NCBI GenBank assembly: GCA_963837955.1
Contig: CAWIPH010000002.1
Span: forward strand, 2,816,001-2,880,000
DNA length: 64,000 nt
Origin: an uncultured Verrucomicrobiae bacterium
GTDB taxonomy: Bacteria; Verrucomicrobiota; Verrucomicrobiia; Chthoniobacterales; JAFAMB01
Reading direction: 5' to 3'
Position numbers and translations under genes: made by a program. Shown one piece after another: positions 39,161-49,713 of the stretch. A model generated the notes under the pieces. The model did not search any database and had not been told where the DNA came from. It saw only the letters and a list, made by a program, of their open reading frames with translations. Each line of letters starts with the position of its first letter. Position 1 is the stretch's first letter.

Positions 39161-40558
39161 ATGCTCGATCGACCCCTTACCGATGTATCCCAGGATGAGG
39201 ACAATTCCCCGGCGCTGAGTGGTATCACTCGCCGAGAGTTGATTACCAGAAGTGGAAAAATTGTTGTAGCAGCGGCAGTCTCGTCGGCGTTCTCGCCATT
39301 CACGATTAATGTCAAAGCAGCACCGGTAAAGACCCTGTCCTTCTGGCAATTCTATGCCCCGGGAGGGCAAAGTAGCACTCAGAGCAAATGGTTCGAAGAT
39401 TGCGTTAAAGCCTGGAACGCCACGCACGATGTGAAGGTCGAGCTTCAGTATGTGCCAAACGTCGAGTATATGAACGGCTCAAAGCTACAGACCGCTTTCG
39501 CTTCGGGTCAGGGCCCGGATATTTTCATTATCAGCCCCGGCGACTTCCTTCGGTACTACAACGGCGGGGTTTTGGTTGATCTTGCCCCCTATATGGAAGA
39601 AGCGGCCCGAAACGACTTCTTTGCCAACGTGATGGAGACTCGGATCGTCGACGGAAAAATCTACGGGCTCCCGATGGAAGCCGAGCCGATGGCGATGTAC
39701 TACAGCGTCAAAGCCTTCGAAGAAGCCGGCCTTTCCGAGGCAGATATTCCGAAAACCTGGGATCACTTCTTGGAGATCGCCCGCAAGTTAACCAAAGGCA
39801 ACCGTTTCGGTTGTCTCTTCGAAACTGGACCCGGCTACTACCAAACTTTTACCTGGTACCCGTTCATGTGGCAAGGGAACGGGGATATCGCCACCACCGA
39901 CGGGAAAAAAAGTGCATTTAACTCTCCCGGTACGATTCAGGCGCTCAAATTGTGGCAAGATACGATCCAGCAGAACTTTGCGCCGCGCAATGGACTGGGA
40001 GGCGGCGGCGGCGATGTCGTTGCTAATTTAGCTTCCGGCTATTGCGCAATGCAAAATCTCGGCATTTGGGGCGTTAGCGCTTTGCGGGAGAACGCTAAAG
40101 ATTTTCAATACGGTGTCTTTCCGCTCCCCCTGCCTGCAAATGGACAGGCGAGAACAATTTTCGGCGGATGGGCTTTCGTTGCCAACGCCAAGGGCAGGAA
40201 CCCGGAGGAAGCCGCGAAATTTTGCGTTTGGGCGCTCGGTTCAATGCAAGAAGATTCGGTCCAGAGAGTTGTCGATTGGTGCATCAAAGCCAAGAGCGAC
40301 GTATCCCCTCGCAAATCGGCTCTGGACAAGGCAACCGCGCAGGGAGGGTACGACAGCGGTCCGATGAAGCTGTTCAAGAATGACATCTTCCCAACCGGCA
40401 GAGGCGAGCCCCGAGTTCCACCAGAGGTTTACAAAGCGGTATCGGACGCTATCCAAGCCTGCCAACTTGGCGGAGCCGATCCCAAGCAGCAAGCTGAGGA
40501 AGCCTCCCAACGGATCGAGAGCTTTTTGGCCGGCTACACAGGCGCATCATTGCGCTGA
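39161..40558 (+). CDS. CUT1 sugar ABC substrate-binding protein, Tat-type signal
   Basis: ITRRELI, GQGPDI, DGKIYGLP, PKTWD, GGWAF. Confidence 0.92.
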   Translation: MLDRPLTDVSQDEDNSPALSGITRRELITRSGKIVVAAAVSSAFSPFTINVKAAPVKTLSFWQFYAPGGQSSTQSKWFEDCVKAWNATHDVKVELQYVPNVEYMNGSKLQTAFASGQGPDIFIISPGDFLRYYNGGVLVDLAPYMEEAARNDFFANVMETRIVDGKIYGLPMEAEPMAMYYSVKAFEEAGLSEADIPKTWDHFLEIARKLTKGNRFGCLFETGPGYYQTFTWYPFMWQGNGDIATTDGKKSAFNSPGTIQALKLWQDTIQQNFAPRNGLGGGGGDVVANLASGYCAMQNLGIWGVSALRENAKDFQYGVFPLPLPANGQARTIFGGWAFVANAKGRNPEEAAKFCVWALGSMQEDSVQRVVDWCIKAKSDVSPRKSALDKATAQGGYDSGPMKLFKNDIFPTGRGEPRVPPEVYKAVSDAIQACQLGGADPKQQAEEASQRIESFLAGYTGASLR

Positions 40559-40605
40559 TCGCTGTCCCGACGGAGGAGAATCGGACGGAGAAACCAGCTC
40601 GCTTC

Positions 40606-41607
40606 ATGAAGATACTGCCTCAAGCGCTTACTCGGGCCAAGTCGTATGTCTCGGCAAAGTCCAACAGTTCGCGAGGCAGTAGCCGGGATCAATCGTCTCA
40701 ACCGCGACCCGCACTCTTTTGGACGCGCTCGAGGAAGGAATCTTTGGCCGCGTTTCTCTTCATTCTTCCCGATTCGCTCGGGCTTCTTGTCTTCGTGGCC
40801 GCTCCGATGCTACTCGCTCTAAGTCTCGGATTTTTTACTGTCGACGGTTTTGGTGGTTACCAATTCGCCGGTCTCGCGAACTACAACCGGATGTTTCACG
40901 ATCCGTTGTTTCTCAAGAGCCTATGGGTGACCGTGGTCTATGTGTTAGTGTTGGTCCCTGGTCTCTATGTGACCGGGCTGGGACTCGCTTTACTAGTGAG
41001 TCAGAGAATTCCTCTGATCGGTCTTTGGCGCAGCCTCTTCTTCATGCCGTACGTCGTCAGTCTTGTCGTTGTCGGTTTGATCTGGCAAGTCATGCTCATC
41101 GACAAGATCGGGTTCATAAACCAGATGTTGCAACTGATACACATTTCTGGCCGTTCCTGGTTGGGAGAGCCTAATCTCGCGTTAGGATCTATCCTGATTG
41201 TAACCATCTGGTTTTTGATGGGCTATTATATGATAATTTTTTTGACCGGCCTACAGGAGATACCCCGAGAGTATTATGACGCGGCTAAAATTGACGGAGC
41301 GACTCCCTGGACCCTGTTCACAAAGATCACCCTGCCTTTACTGCAGCCGACTAGTTTCTTCGTACTCCTAGTATCAACCGTGACTGCGGTCGCTGGCTCT
41401 CAGGCCTTCGATTTGATCTATGTAATGACCAAAGGCGGACCCGCTAATTCCACGTCGCTTGCTATTTTTTATATTTACCAGCAAGCATTCCAGTTTAACA
41501 ACTATGGCTACGCCGCTGCCATGGCTTCGTCCTTGGTAGTTGTCCTTCTAGTCATCACGACCGCTCTATTTGCCCTTACTCGGGGGGGACGTTTTCACCT
41601 CGACTAG
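40606..41607 (+). CDS. Carbohydrate ABC permease (MalF-like)
   Basis: FAGLANY, GLQEIPREYYDAAKIDGA, MTKGGPANST. Confidence 0.93.
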   Translation: MKILPQALTRAKSYVSAKSNSSRGSSRDQSSQPRPALFWTRSRKESLAAFLFILPDSLGLLVFVAAPMLLALSLGFFTVDGFGGYQFAGLANYNRMFHDPLFLKSLWVTVVYVLVLVPGLYVTGLGLALLVSQRIPLIGLWRSLFFMPYVVSLVVVGLIWQVMLIDKIGFINQMLQLIHISGRSWLGEPNLALGSILIVTIWFLMGYYMIIFLTGLQEIPREYYDAAKIDGATPWTLFTKITLPLLQPTSFFVLLVSTVTAVAGSQAFDLIYVMTKGGPANSTSLAIFYIYQQAFQFNNYGYAAAMASSLVVVLLVITTALFALTRGGRFHLD

Positions 41608-41610
41608 ACG

Positions 41611-42468
41611 ATGCTTCCGCAAGTCTCCCATCACACTCTGAACAAGCCGGCGCCGCGTAGGTTTCGCCTGCGGCGATTCGCAGTTCTTCTTGCGACCGCC
41701 ACGCTCGCTATTCTCACAGCCTCACCGCTAGTTTGGATGATCTCAGCGGCGTTTAAGGGACCTAGCGAAATTTTCGCGACTAACATTATCCCTCAGCATC
41801 CCACTCTGGATAATTTCCAGTACGTATTCACTCAACTGCCCTTTCTTCGCTACGTTGTTAACACATTTTTCGTGGCCGGAACCATCACGGTGGTCGCCCT
41901 GTTCTTTCACTCGATGGCGGCGTTTGCGTTCGCTCGACTGCGATTCCCAGGACGCGATGTTATTTTTATGGGGATCTTTTCAACCTTCCTAGTCTCCTTA
42001 CCGGTCATTATCGTGCCGTTGTTTATCCTCGTCCGACAACTTGGAATGGTTAATAACTACGCAGGACTAATAATACCCGCCATATTTAATGCCTTTGGAA
42101 TTTTCCTTCTACGCCAGTTTTATATCGCAATACCGCGCGAGTTACAGGAGGCAGCGATCATCGACGGTGCCAGTTATTGGGGCGTCTATTGGAATGTTAT
42201 GCTTCCTTTGAGCCGGCCCATTTTGTCAGCGCTCGCCGTTTTCTTCTTTCTCGTTAATTGGAATTCCTTTCTCTGGCCATTGACCATCACGACGAATCAG
42301 GAGTTGTGGGTTGTACAGGTCGCAATCGCTAGCTTTCACGCCCAGTATTCAGCGGCCTGGAACTATATCATGGCTGCCTCGGCCGTCGTCGCCTTGCCAA
42401 CACTACTGCTATTTTTCTTTTTTCAACGCCAGCTCGTCGAATCGATCAAGACGACCGGTTTAAAATAG
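41611..42468 (+). CDS. Carbohydrate ABC permease (MalG-like)
   Basis: AAFAFARLRFPGR, IFLLRQF..IPRELQEAAIIDGA, WNSFLWPL. Confidence 0.93.
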   Translation: MLPQVSHHTLNKPAPRRFRLRRFAVLLATATLAILTASPLVWMISAAFKGPSEIFATNIIPQHPTLDNFQYVFTQLPFLRYVVNTFFVAGTITVVALFFHSMAAFAFARLRFPGRDVIFMGIFSTFLVSLPVIIVPLFILVRQLGMVNNYAGLIIPAIFNAFGIFLLRQFYIAIPRELQEAAIIDGASYWGVYWNVMLPLSRPILSALAVFFFLVNWNSFLWPLTITTNQELWVVQVAIASFHAQYSAAWNYIMAASAVVALPTLLLFFFFQRQLVESIKTTGLK

Positions 42469-42607
42469 GCGCATGATCCGCGGGAGCGCACTACAATAAT
42501 GCCGCACTCTTATCGCCCCATCTCCTCAAGTTGATAAAATAACTTTCGATCGGTCCAAGCTGCGATCATGTGTCGTCTCCCTCAACAGGTGCTAAATCTC
42601 TCCTCCC

Positions 42608-43708
42608 ATGAATCTCCCATTTACCGGCTTAGGAATGTGCCTCGGTAATCTCTCTCGCCTCTCAAACGCCCAGACAAGATCCATTAGCCCTGAGAATTTT
42701 TCGGGTGCCAAAGGTCACGGTGGAATGGCAACTGAGGGAACCGGCGCCCTCCCGGCACGTGAGTTAGGACAAGGTTGGAAGGTCTCGCCTAGTATCGACA
42801 TTAGAGGCCTTAGTACAGTTGTGCTTGCAGAAATGGCCGGCCCTGGGGCGATTCAGCATATTTGGCTGACAGTCTACCCCGACCACTGGCGCAAACTCAT
42901 TTTACGAATGTTCTGGGACGGAGAAGACCGCCCTTCGGTCGAGGTGCCGCTCGGCGATTTCTTCTGCCATGGTTGGGGTGTACGCTGTAATATCGCCTCA
43001 CTGGCGATTGCCGTGAACCCGGCTGGCGGATTTAACAGTTATTGGGAAATGCCATTCCGACGGAATGCCCTGATCACAATCGAAAATCTCAGTCCAGACG
43101 ATATCCAAGGTTTTTATTACCAAATTACCTACGCCTTGACGGAGGTGCCAGATGACGCGGCCTATTTCCACGCCCAATGGAGGCGCACGAACCCGATACC
43201 TTACAAAGGAGTGCACTCGATCGTCGATGGACTCAAGGGACACGGACACTACGTTGGTACTTACCTCGCTTGGGCTGTTCATAGCACCGGATGGTGGGGG
43301 GAGGGTGAGATCAAATACTACCTGGACGGCGACGGTGAGTGGCCCACCATTTGCGGTACAGGAACAGAAGACTACTTTGGTGGAGCCTGGAACTTCGAGC
43401 ATCCAAAAGGAGAATATGGCGTATTCTCTACACCATACTCGGGCCTGCCCCAGGTCATAAAACCTGATGGTCTTTACCAGAGCCAGCAACGATTCGGTAT
43501 GTACCGGTGGCACATCATGGACCCGATTCGATTCCAAGAAGATCTTCGAGTTACGATTCAAGCCTTAGGTTGGCGCTCAACGCTTGAAGGGCAACGCCGT
43601 TACTTACCTTTGCAGGACGACCTGGCATCCACCGCATTCTGGTATCAGACTGAACCTCATGCCGCTTTTCCTACGATCCCTGATCGTAACTACCTCGAAG
43701 TAATTTAG
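42608..43708 (+). CDS. Glycoside hydrolase family 172 (DUF2961)
   Basis: RSISPENF.G.KG.GG, GPGAIQHIWLT, PSVEVPLGDFF, GWWGEGEIK, GTGTEDYFGGAW, YRWHIMDPIRF. Confidence 0.92.
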   Translation: MNLPFTGLGMCLGNLSRLSNAQTRSISPENFSGAKGHGGMATEGTGALPARELGQGWKVSPSIDIRGLSTVVLAEMAGPGAIQHIWLTVYPDHWRKLILRMFWDGEDRPSVEVPLGDFFCHGWGVRCNIASLAIAVNPAGGFNSYWEMPFRRNALITIENLSPDDIQGFYYQITYALTEVPDDAAYFHAQWRRTNPIPYKGVHSIVDGLKGHGHYVGTYLAWAVHSTGWWGEGEIKYYLDGDGEWPTICGTGTEDYFGGAWNFEHPKGEYGVFSTPYSGLPQVIKPDGLYQSQQRFGMYRWHIMDPIRFQEDLRVTIQALGWRSTLEGQRRYLPLQDDLASTAFWYQTEPHAAFPTIPDRNYLEVI

Positions 43709-44032
43709 ACCGCGCCGCCATACTCCGAGATTCTCCGGAACGCGGACTCGGGGGTCGTGTTGCTGTCCAATCACCAGTCGGGTTTGACTGCTCACGCTTC
43801 GCCAGGCTGCGATCTCTGCGTCGTTTGTGGCCAGGACAGTCGGAATTGTTCGGCTTTTCTACGTTTCAATTCGGTTGTGAAGCATGTTTATGGAAACTAG
43901 GGTTGCGCTATGGCTCTGGCGACAGGCCGCAATTCGCGCCGGCGGTCTACCCGGAACGGATGCCCGGTTTTGGCGCTCTTGCCTTACTCACAGACCATCT
44001 CTCCCCCGACCAAACGAAACCACATTCGGCTC

Positions 44033-45538
44033 ATGACGACCGCACAAATTATTCTCGATTCCGATTTTATTATTTCCGAACTCGATCGCCGGGTGTTTGG
44101 TTCATTTGTCGAGCACCTCGGAAGGTGTGTTTATACCGGTATTTTCGAACCGGAGCATCCCACCGCAAATAAGCGAGGCTTCCGCCAAGATGTGGTCGAT
44201 TTGGTCCGCGAGCTGAGCCCGACGATTATTCGTTATCCAGGCGGCAATTTTCTCTCCGGATACAATTGGGAGGACGGTGTTGGTCCGATCGAGCAGAGAC
44301 CGGTTAGACTCGATCTAGCTTGGCTTAGTACCGAACCAAATCGCTTCGGTACAAACGAATTCATCGACTGGTGCCGCACGGCTGAAACCGAACCGATGCT
44401 GGGCGTAAATCTGGGCACTCGCGGACCGGATGAGGCCCGGCAATTCCTCGAATACTGCAACCATCCTGGCGGTACCTACCTGAGCGACCTGCGAGCGAAA
44501 CATGGTTATCCGGAGCCCCATGGTGTCAAATTCTGGTGTTTAGGGAACGAGATGGATGGGCCGTGGCAAATCTGTCACAAGACAGCGACTGAATACGGTC
44601 GCACCGCGAAGGAGACCGCGAAGGTAATGAAGTTGATTGATCCTTCCGTTCAATTGGCGGCCTGCGGCTCTTCCCATCGGAACATGCCGACGTTCGGAGC
44701 CTGGGAATACGAAGTGCTGGAGCACACCTTCGACTGTGTCGATTTCCTTTCGCTGCACATGTACTACGAGAACCCACTCAACGATGTGCTCGAATTTCTC
44801 GGTAACATTGAAATCATGGATCGCTTCATCAAGGAAGCGGTCGCGGTGAGTGATGCCGTTGCAGCGAAGCGACGGTCGTCCAAAAGAATCATGCTCTCAT
44901 TTGACGAATGGAACGTTTGGTACAAGGCTCGCTCCACTCAGGACACGGAACCAGCAAACTGGCCTTTCGCTCCCCGGTTACTCGAAGAGATCTATGATCT
45001 GCAGGATGCCCTGATGGTTGGCGGCGCGTTGATCACGCTGATCAATAATGCTGATCGAGTGAAGGCGGCATGTCTGGCCCAGCTGGTAAACGTTATCGGA
45101 GCGATCTATGCTGAACCGGGCGGCCCAGCCTGGCGACAAACGATCTTCCATCCGTTCAAGCTGGCCAGCCAATACGGCCGAGGTTCCGTACTACAGTCCA
45201 ACGTACGGTCAGGATCTTACTCAACCAAAACCGCCGGTGACTCTGCTCAGCTCTTGGCGGCATCTATCCACAACGCCAAGGACCGTAAGATCGTGCTTTT
45301 TCTTCTGAACCGGTCGACCGACGCACCGACTGATCTGTCGATCGATCTACGCGGCTTCGCCCCGATCCAGGACGGCAAAGTCCTCGTGCTCCATGGCGAC
45401 GACTTGCTTGCGACCAACTCCGCTAAGACACCGCGTAAGATACAGCCGACCGAGCATACTGAACTTTCCCTTCGCTCGGACAAAATCGCGACCCGATTGC
45501 AGCCACTCTCCTGGAACACTTTGGTGCTTAGCTACTGA
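44033..45538 (+). CDS. Alpha-L-arabinofuranosidase, GH51
   Basis: FGSFVEHLGRCVYTG, RYPGGNF, WCLGNEMDGPWQ, SFDEWNVW, AQLVNVI. Start set to ATG 44033. Confidence 0.94.
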   Translation: MTTAQIILDSDFIISELDRRVFGSFVEHLGRCVYTGIFEPEHPTANKRGFRQDVVDLVRELSPTIIRYPGGNFLSGYNWEDGVGPIEQRPVRLDLAWLSTEPNRFGTNEFIDWCRTAETEPMLGVNLGTRGPDEARQFLEYCNHPGGTYLSDLRAKHGYPEPHGVKFWCLGNEMDGPWQICHKTATEYGRTAKETAKVMKLIDPSVQLAACGSSHRNMPTFGAWEYEVLEHTFDCVDFLSLHMYYENPLNDVLEFLGNIEIMDRFIKEAVAVSDAVAAKRRSSKRIMLSFDEWNVWYKARSTQDTEPANWPFAPRLLEEIYDLQDALMVGGALITLINNADRVKAACLAQLVNVIGAIYAEPGGPAWRQTIFHPFKLASQYGRGSVLQSNVRSGSYSTKTAGDSAQLLAASIHNAKDRKIVLFLLNRSTDAPTDLSIDLRGFAPIQDGKVLVLHGDDLLATNSAKTPRKIQPTEHTELSLRSDKIATRLQPLSWNTLVLSY

Positions 45539-45902
45539 CCCAGAAAGATTTTACTTTTTCCCAAAAACCAAATCGGAGTGAACGAGCGATCGCCAATTGA
45601 ACTGGTCTGTTGCGGCCGACGAACACTCAACCGTTTGCTCGACGCCAATCATACCAATGAGCGCAAGGAACATTCCATTCGCCCGGACAACGTCGCTGCC
45701 AAGCTGCATTACCTTGTGGGGTGTGCTGTCGCTCTCGTACGAGGGGCACGCTCCGACAAAAACCTTGATCGGTAGTTGAATTCTTTTATATAGCGAAATA
45801 AACATCCCGTTCCCCCAAAATAGATCCCCCAAAATGAAAACAGCTATCTACTGTCTGGCAGCGTCTTTTGTTTCTGCGATCGCGCTTGAGGGAGGAAAAC
45901 TC

Positions 45903-47807
45903 ATGCGCATGCTCAAGCCGTTTGCGATTGTGCTTGGCACGATAATGCTCGCTCTGCAGGCGTATGCAGCAGAAGACATTACGAGTCTGCCGCGAAGTCA
46001 GACCCTGATTGTCGACAATCCGGAAGGCACGATCAGAAACCCGGGATGGTTCAACATCTGGGCGGCAAATGGCGGCGGTTGGTCAAACGGCCTGCAGCAA
46101 TTGGGATTGGACACGCTGTGGTACATCGACCCGGACAACGGCATCAACAACCAGGTCTGGGATAATTCGCTGGCCTCTGACCCGCCGATCTACAACCAAG
46201 ATTTCACCGAAATGACGGTGAAGCTGCGCCAGGGCCTGACCTGGAGCGACGGTGTCGAATTCACGGCGGACGACGTGGTCTACACCATCCAGGAACACCA
46301 AAAGAACGAAGGTCTCGCAGTTTGGCATCCAGCCGTGTCAATCAATGTCGATAGCGTCTCGGCGCCCGACAAATACACTGTCGTCTTCAAGCTGAAGAAG
46401 CCGAACTCGCGCTTCCATGCGCTCTTCACCGTGCGCTGGAACGCCTTATGGATCATGCCGAAGCATATCTTCGAGAAGCAGGCAGACGCGGCGAAGTACG
46501 ATTTCAACCCGCCGGTCACGATCGGGTCGTACAAGCTGCATAGCTTCGACCCAAATGGCGGCTGGTTCATCTGGGAGAAGCGTGACGACTGGAAGAATAC
46601 ATCGCTCGCCCGTTTCGGTGAACCCGCCCCGAAGTATGTTGCCTACGTGGATTCCGGACCGCCAGAAAAACGAGTGATTGCTCAGCTAAATCATCAACTC
46701 GACATCATTCACGACCTCTCCCCCGAAGCGATGTTCACGCTGGCGAAGCAAAGCAAGACGCTTGTGACCTGGTTTAAGGGCTTCCCTTATGCGCACCCGG
46801 ATCCGACGTTGCCGATGGTCATCTTTAATGACCAGCTCGACAAGTTCAAGAATCCGGACGTGCGCTGGGCACTGGCGCTTCTCATCGACCCCAAGGCGGT
46901 TGATATGGCTGCCTATCGTGGTGCTGCTACGATTTCGGCACTCGCGGTGCCGCCGACTGGCAACTATCCGAAGTTCTACTTCGATCCATTGCAACAGTGG
47001 CTGAAGGACTTCACCATCGACACGGGCAAGCAAACTATCCACCCCTACGATCCGACTGTCGGCAAGCAGATAGCCGACTTGTTGCGGCGATCGATGGGTA
47101 ACGCGATCCCGTCGGATCCGGCGGCGATTGCCCGCTCGATCGGGATGGGTTGGTGGAAGCCGAATCCTCAGGCGGCAGCCGAACTGCTCGGGAAGGCTGG
47201 CTTCAAGAAAGAGGGCGGTAAATGGCTGATGCCTGACGGAAAACCTTTCACGATCAAGATCCTTGTCGAAGGCAACGCGCGTTCCATTATGACGAATGCC
47301 GGAACGTTGATCGCGCAGGAATGGAAGGGCTTCGGCCTCGACGCTTCGACCGAAATCATCACGCACGCCGTGATGGATACCCGCGTACCGCTCGGTGACT
47401 ACGAGGTGCAACTCAACTGGAGTGTAGAGACCTGGGGCGGACACCCCGATCTCTCGTTCTTCCTTGACTCCTGGCACTCGGAATTCGTCGCGAAATTCGG
47501 CGAACGCCAAGCACCCCGCAACTGGCAGCGCTGGTCAAGTCCGGAGCTCGACAAGATCATCGAGCAGATCCGCACCGTTGGCTTCGACGATCCGAAGGGA
47601 TTGGAACTCGGCCAAGAGTACGCAAAGCTGATGGTCAAGGAAATGCCCGTGATCCCGTTAATGTCCTACAACGTGTTCACTGCGATGGACACCAAGTACT
47701 GGACCGGATACCCAAACGCCGAGACAGACCCGTACACTGACCCGGTTCCAAACTGGGGAAACTCCCGGGTCATGATGGTCAAGCTGAAGCCTACGGGCGC
47801 CAATTGA
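45903..47807 (+). CDS. Family-5 (Opp/Dpp-type) ABC substrate-binding protein, probably oligosaccharide-binding
   Basis: GGAGG RBS before ATG 45903; KLRQGLTWSDGVEFTADDVVYT family-5 signature; DVRWALAL; P.IPL. Confidence 0.92.
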   Translation: MRMLKPFAIVLGTIMLALQAYAAEDITSLPRSQTLIVDNPEGTIRNPGWFNIWAANGGGWSNGLQQLGLDTLWYIDPDNGINNQVWDNSLASDPPIYNQDFTEMTVKLRQGLTWSDGVEFTADDVVYTIQEHQKNEGLAVWHPAVSINVDSVSAPDKYTVVFKLKKPNSRFHALFTVRWNALWIMPKHIFEKQADAAKYDFNPPVTIGSYKLHSFDPNGGWFIWEKRDDWKNTSLARFGEPAPKYVAYVDSGPPEKRVIAQLNHQLDIIHDLSPEAMFTLAKQSKTLVTWFKGFPYAHPDPTLPMVIFNDQLDKFKNPDVRWALALLIDPKAVDMAAYRGAATISALAVPPTGNYPKFYFDPLQQWLKDFTIDTGKQTIHPYDPTVGKQIADLLRRSMGNAIPSDPAAIARSIGMGWWKPNPQAAAELLGKAGFKKEGGKWLMPDGKPFTIKILVEGNARSIMTNAGTLIAQEWKGFGLDASTEIITHAVMDTRVPLGDYEVQLNWSVETWGGHPDLSFFLDSWHSEFVAKFGERQAPRNWQRWSSPELDKIIEQIRTVGFDDPKGLELGQEYAKLMVKEMPVIPLMSYNVFTAMDTKYWTGYPNAETDPYTDPVPNWGNSRVMMVKLKPTGAN

Positions 47808-47847
47808 CATCGAGTGCGATGAGGAGACGCGCCATGAGACGTGTGAC

Positions 47848-48852
47848 ATGAGGACTGTCCTTCTGCATATCCTGAGGCGCTTTGGGCAGTTCGTCCTTGT
47901 CGTGTTCATTGGTATAAACCTGACATTTCTCATTACCCACATCTCACCGATCGACCCCGTCGAAGCCTCGGTCAGCGCCATGACTGCGTTCTCGAGCTCT
48001 CAGCCCGAGGCGGTCGAACTGATGCGGAAGTCCCTGAAGGAACTTTACGGGCTGCAGGGAACGCTCTTCGATCAGTACATCGTCTTCTGGAAGCGGATTC
48101 TCGTTGCCGATTTCGGGCCGTCCCTTTCGACCTTTCCGACGCCGGTGTCCACGCTGATCGGGCGCGCCCTTCCATGGACGGTTGGACTGCTGGTCGTCGC
48201 CACCGTCCTGTCCTGGGTTCTCGGGAATTTCATCGGCGGCCTGGCCGGCTACTACCGCAACAGCCGCTTCCTGAAATTTGCGGGCGTCATCTTCATGGCG
48301 CTCAATCCCGTCCCGTACTACATCGTTGCCTTCGTTCTTCTGATCGTCTTCGGATATCTCTGGCCGATCCTGCCCCTAACCGGCGCTTATGACATGAACA
48401 TGCAGCCGGGCTATCGGCTCGACTTCATCTTGAGCGTGGTCGTGCACTCCTTGCTACCGATTCTCTCGCTGGTGTTGGTCGGCATCGGTAGTTGGTTCCT
48501 CGGCATGCGCGCGCTCGTCTCAAATATCGTCACCGAGGACTATGTGGTTTACGCGGAGCTTGGTGGTGTCGGTCGCACCAGAATTCTTACCTCCTATGTG
48601 ATGCGCAATGCGTTGATGCCTCAAGTTACCGGACTCGCCATCGTGCTCGGCTCGATTTTCAATGGCGCGATCATTACCGAGGTCGTCTTTGGATATCCGG
48701 GCCTCGGCCGGCTCCTCGTATCGGGCGTCGAAAGGGGAGACTATAGCCTCGTGCTAGGCGTCACGACGGTTTCGATTATTACTGTCTCAGCAGCGGTCTT
48801 TCTGATCGACTTGCTCTACCCGCTTCTCGACCCTCGCATTCAGGCAGGCTAA
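47848..48852 (+). CDS. Opp/Dpp ABC permease (OppB-like)
   Basis: DFGPS, LPWTVGL, YVMRNALMPQ, EVVFGYPGLG, YPLLDPRI. Confidence 0.92.
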   Translation: MRTVLLHILRRFGQFVLVVFIGINLTFLITHISPIDPVEASVSAMTAFSSSQPEAVELMRKSLKELYGLQGTLFDQYIVFWKRILVADFGPSLSTFPTPVSTLIGRALPWTVGLLVVATVLSWVLGNFIGGLAGYYRNSRFLKFAGVIFMALNPVPYYIVAFVLLIVFGYLWPILPLTGAYDMNMQPGYRLDFILSVVVHSLLPILSLVLVGIGSWFLGMRALVSNIVTEDYVVYAELGGVGRTRILTSYVMRNALMPQVTGLAIVLGSIFNGAIITEVVFGYPGLGRLLVSGVERGDYSLVLGVTTVSIITVSAAVFLIDLLYPLLDPRIQAG

Positions 48853-48855
48853 ACG

Positions 48856-49713
48856 ATGTTCAAGATCATCCGCGATCTCTTCCGCTACAACGCGGAGTTT
48901 GCTGTCGGCGCAATCCTGATGAGCTTCGTGCTGATTATCGCGGCCTTGTCCGCTTTTTCGCCATATCCGCCCGACCAAACCTACGTGGTGCCCCCTGACA
49001 TTCCACCCTCGTGGCAATATCTCTTCGGAACGACCTCGCGCGGCCAAGATACCTTCTGGCAAGTCACGTTCGCGCTGCGCAATTCGCTGTTTTTCGGGTT
49101 CAGCGTCGCTCTGATCAGCCGCGTTTTGTCACTTTTGGTCGGGCTCATCGCTGGATACCACGGTGGCAGCCTCGACCGCGTGCTGATGTCGCTCAACGAC
49201 ACCTTTCTAGTGATCCCGCTCTTCCCGCTTCTGGTAATGTTCTATTTCGTCCTGCGCGACCATATGAACTGGAGTCTGCTTGCCCTGATTATGGGCTGTC
49301 TCGGCTGGCCGTTTGATGCTCGGCTGATCCGGTCCGTGACACTCAGTCTCAAGACCCGGGAATTCACAACCCAAAGCATCTTTTCGGGGATGAGTACCCG
49401 CCAAATTCTTCTGGAAGAGCATCTGCCCTACGTACTGCCCATCGTGTTTGCGACCACCATGGCCAATATCAACTGGTCGATTGGCCTCGAAGTCACGTTG
49501 TCGGTGCTCGGTTTCACCGACGTCGAAACGCCCACGATCGGTACCATGCTCTACTGGGCCAACCAGCACAGCGCAATGATTTCCGGAGTATGGTGGTGGT
49601 TTGTCGCTCCGACCGCGTTTGTCGTCATGAGCTTCATCGGCCTATTCTTGCTTTCAATATCGATGAATGAATACATCGATCCACGCAGCCGGTTGGCCCG
49701 AATGGGGGCCTAG
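48856..49713 (+). CDS. Opp/Dpp ABC permease (OppC-like)
   Basis: LFGTTSRGQD, ARLIRS, LSVLG, GVWWW, IDPR. Confidence 0.92.
   Translation: MFKIIRDLFRYNAEFAVGAILMSFVLIIAALSAFSPYPPDQTYVVPPDIPPSWQYLFGTTSRGQDTFWQVTFALRNSLFFGFSVALISRVLSLLVGLIAGYHGGSLDRVLMSLNDTFLVIPLFPLLVMFYFVLRDHMNWSLLALIMGCLGWPFDARLIRSVTLSLKTREFTTQSIFSGMSTRQILLEEHLPYVLPIVFATTMANINWSIGLEVTLSVLGFTDVETPTIGTMLYWANQHSAMISGVWWWFVAPTAFVVMSFIGLFLLSISMNEYIDPRSRLARMGA

Noticed and set aside
45551..45832. 93-aa ORF between GH51 and the Opp binding protein
   Set aside because: Antisense to the operon direction, no motif; more likely promoter/intergenic DNA.
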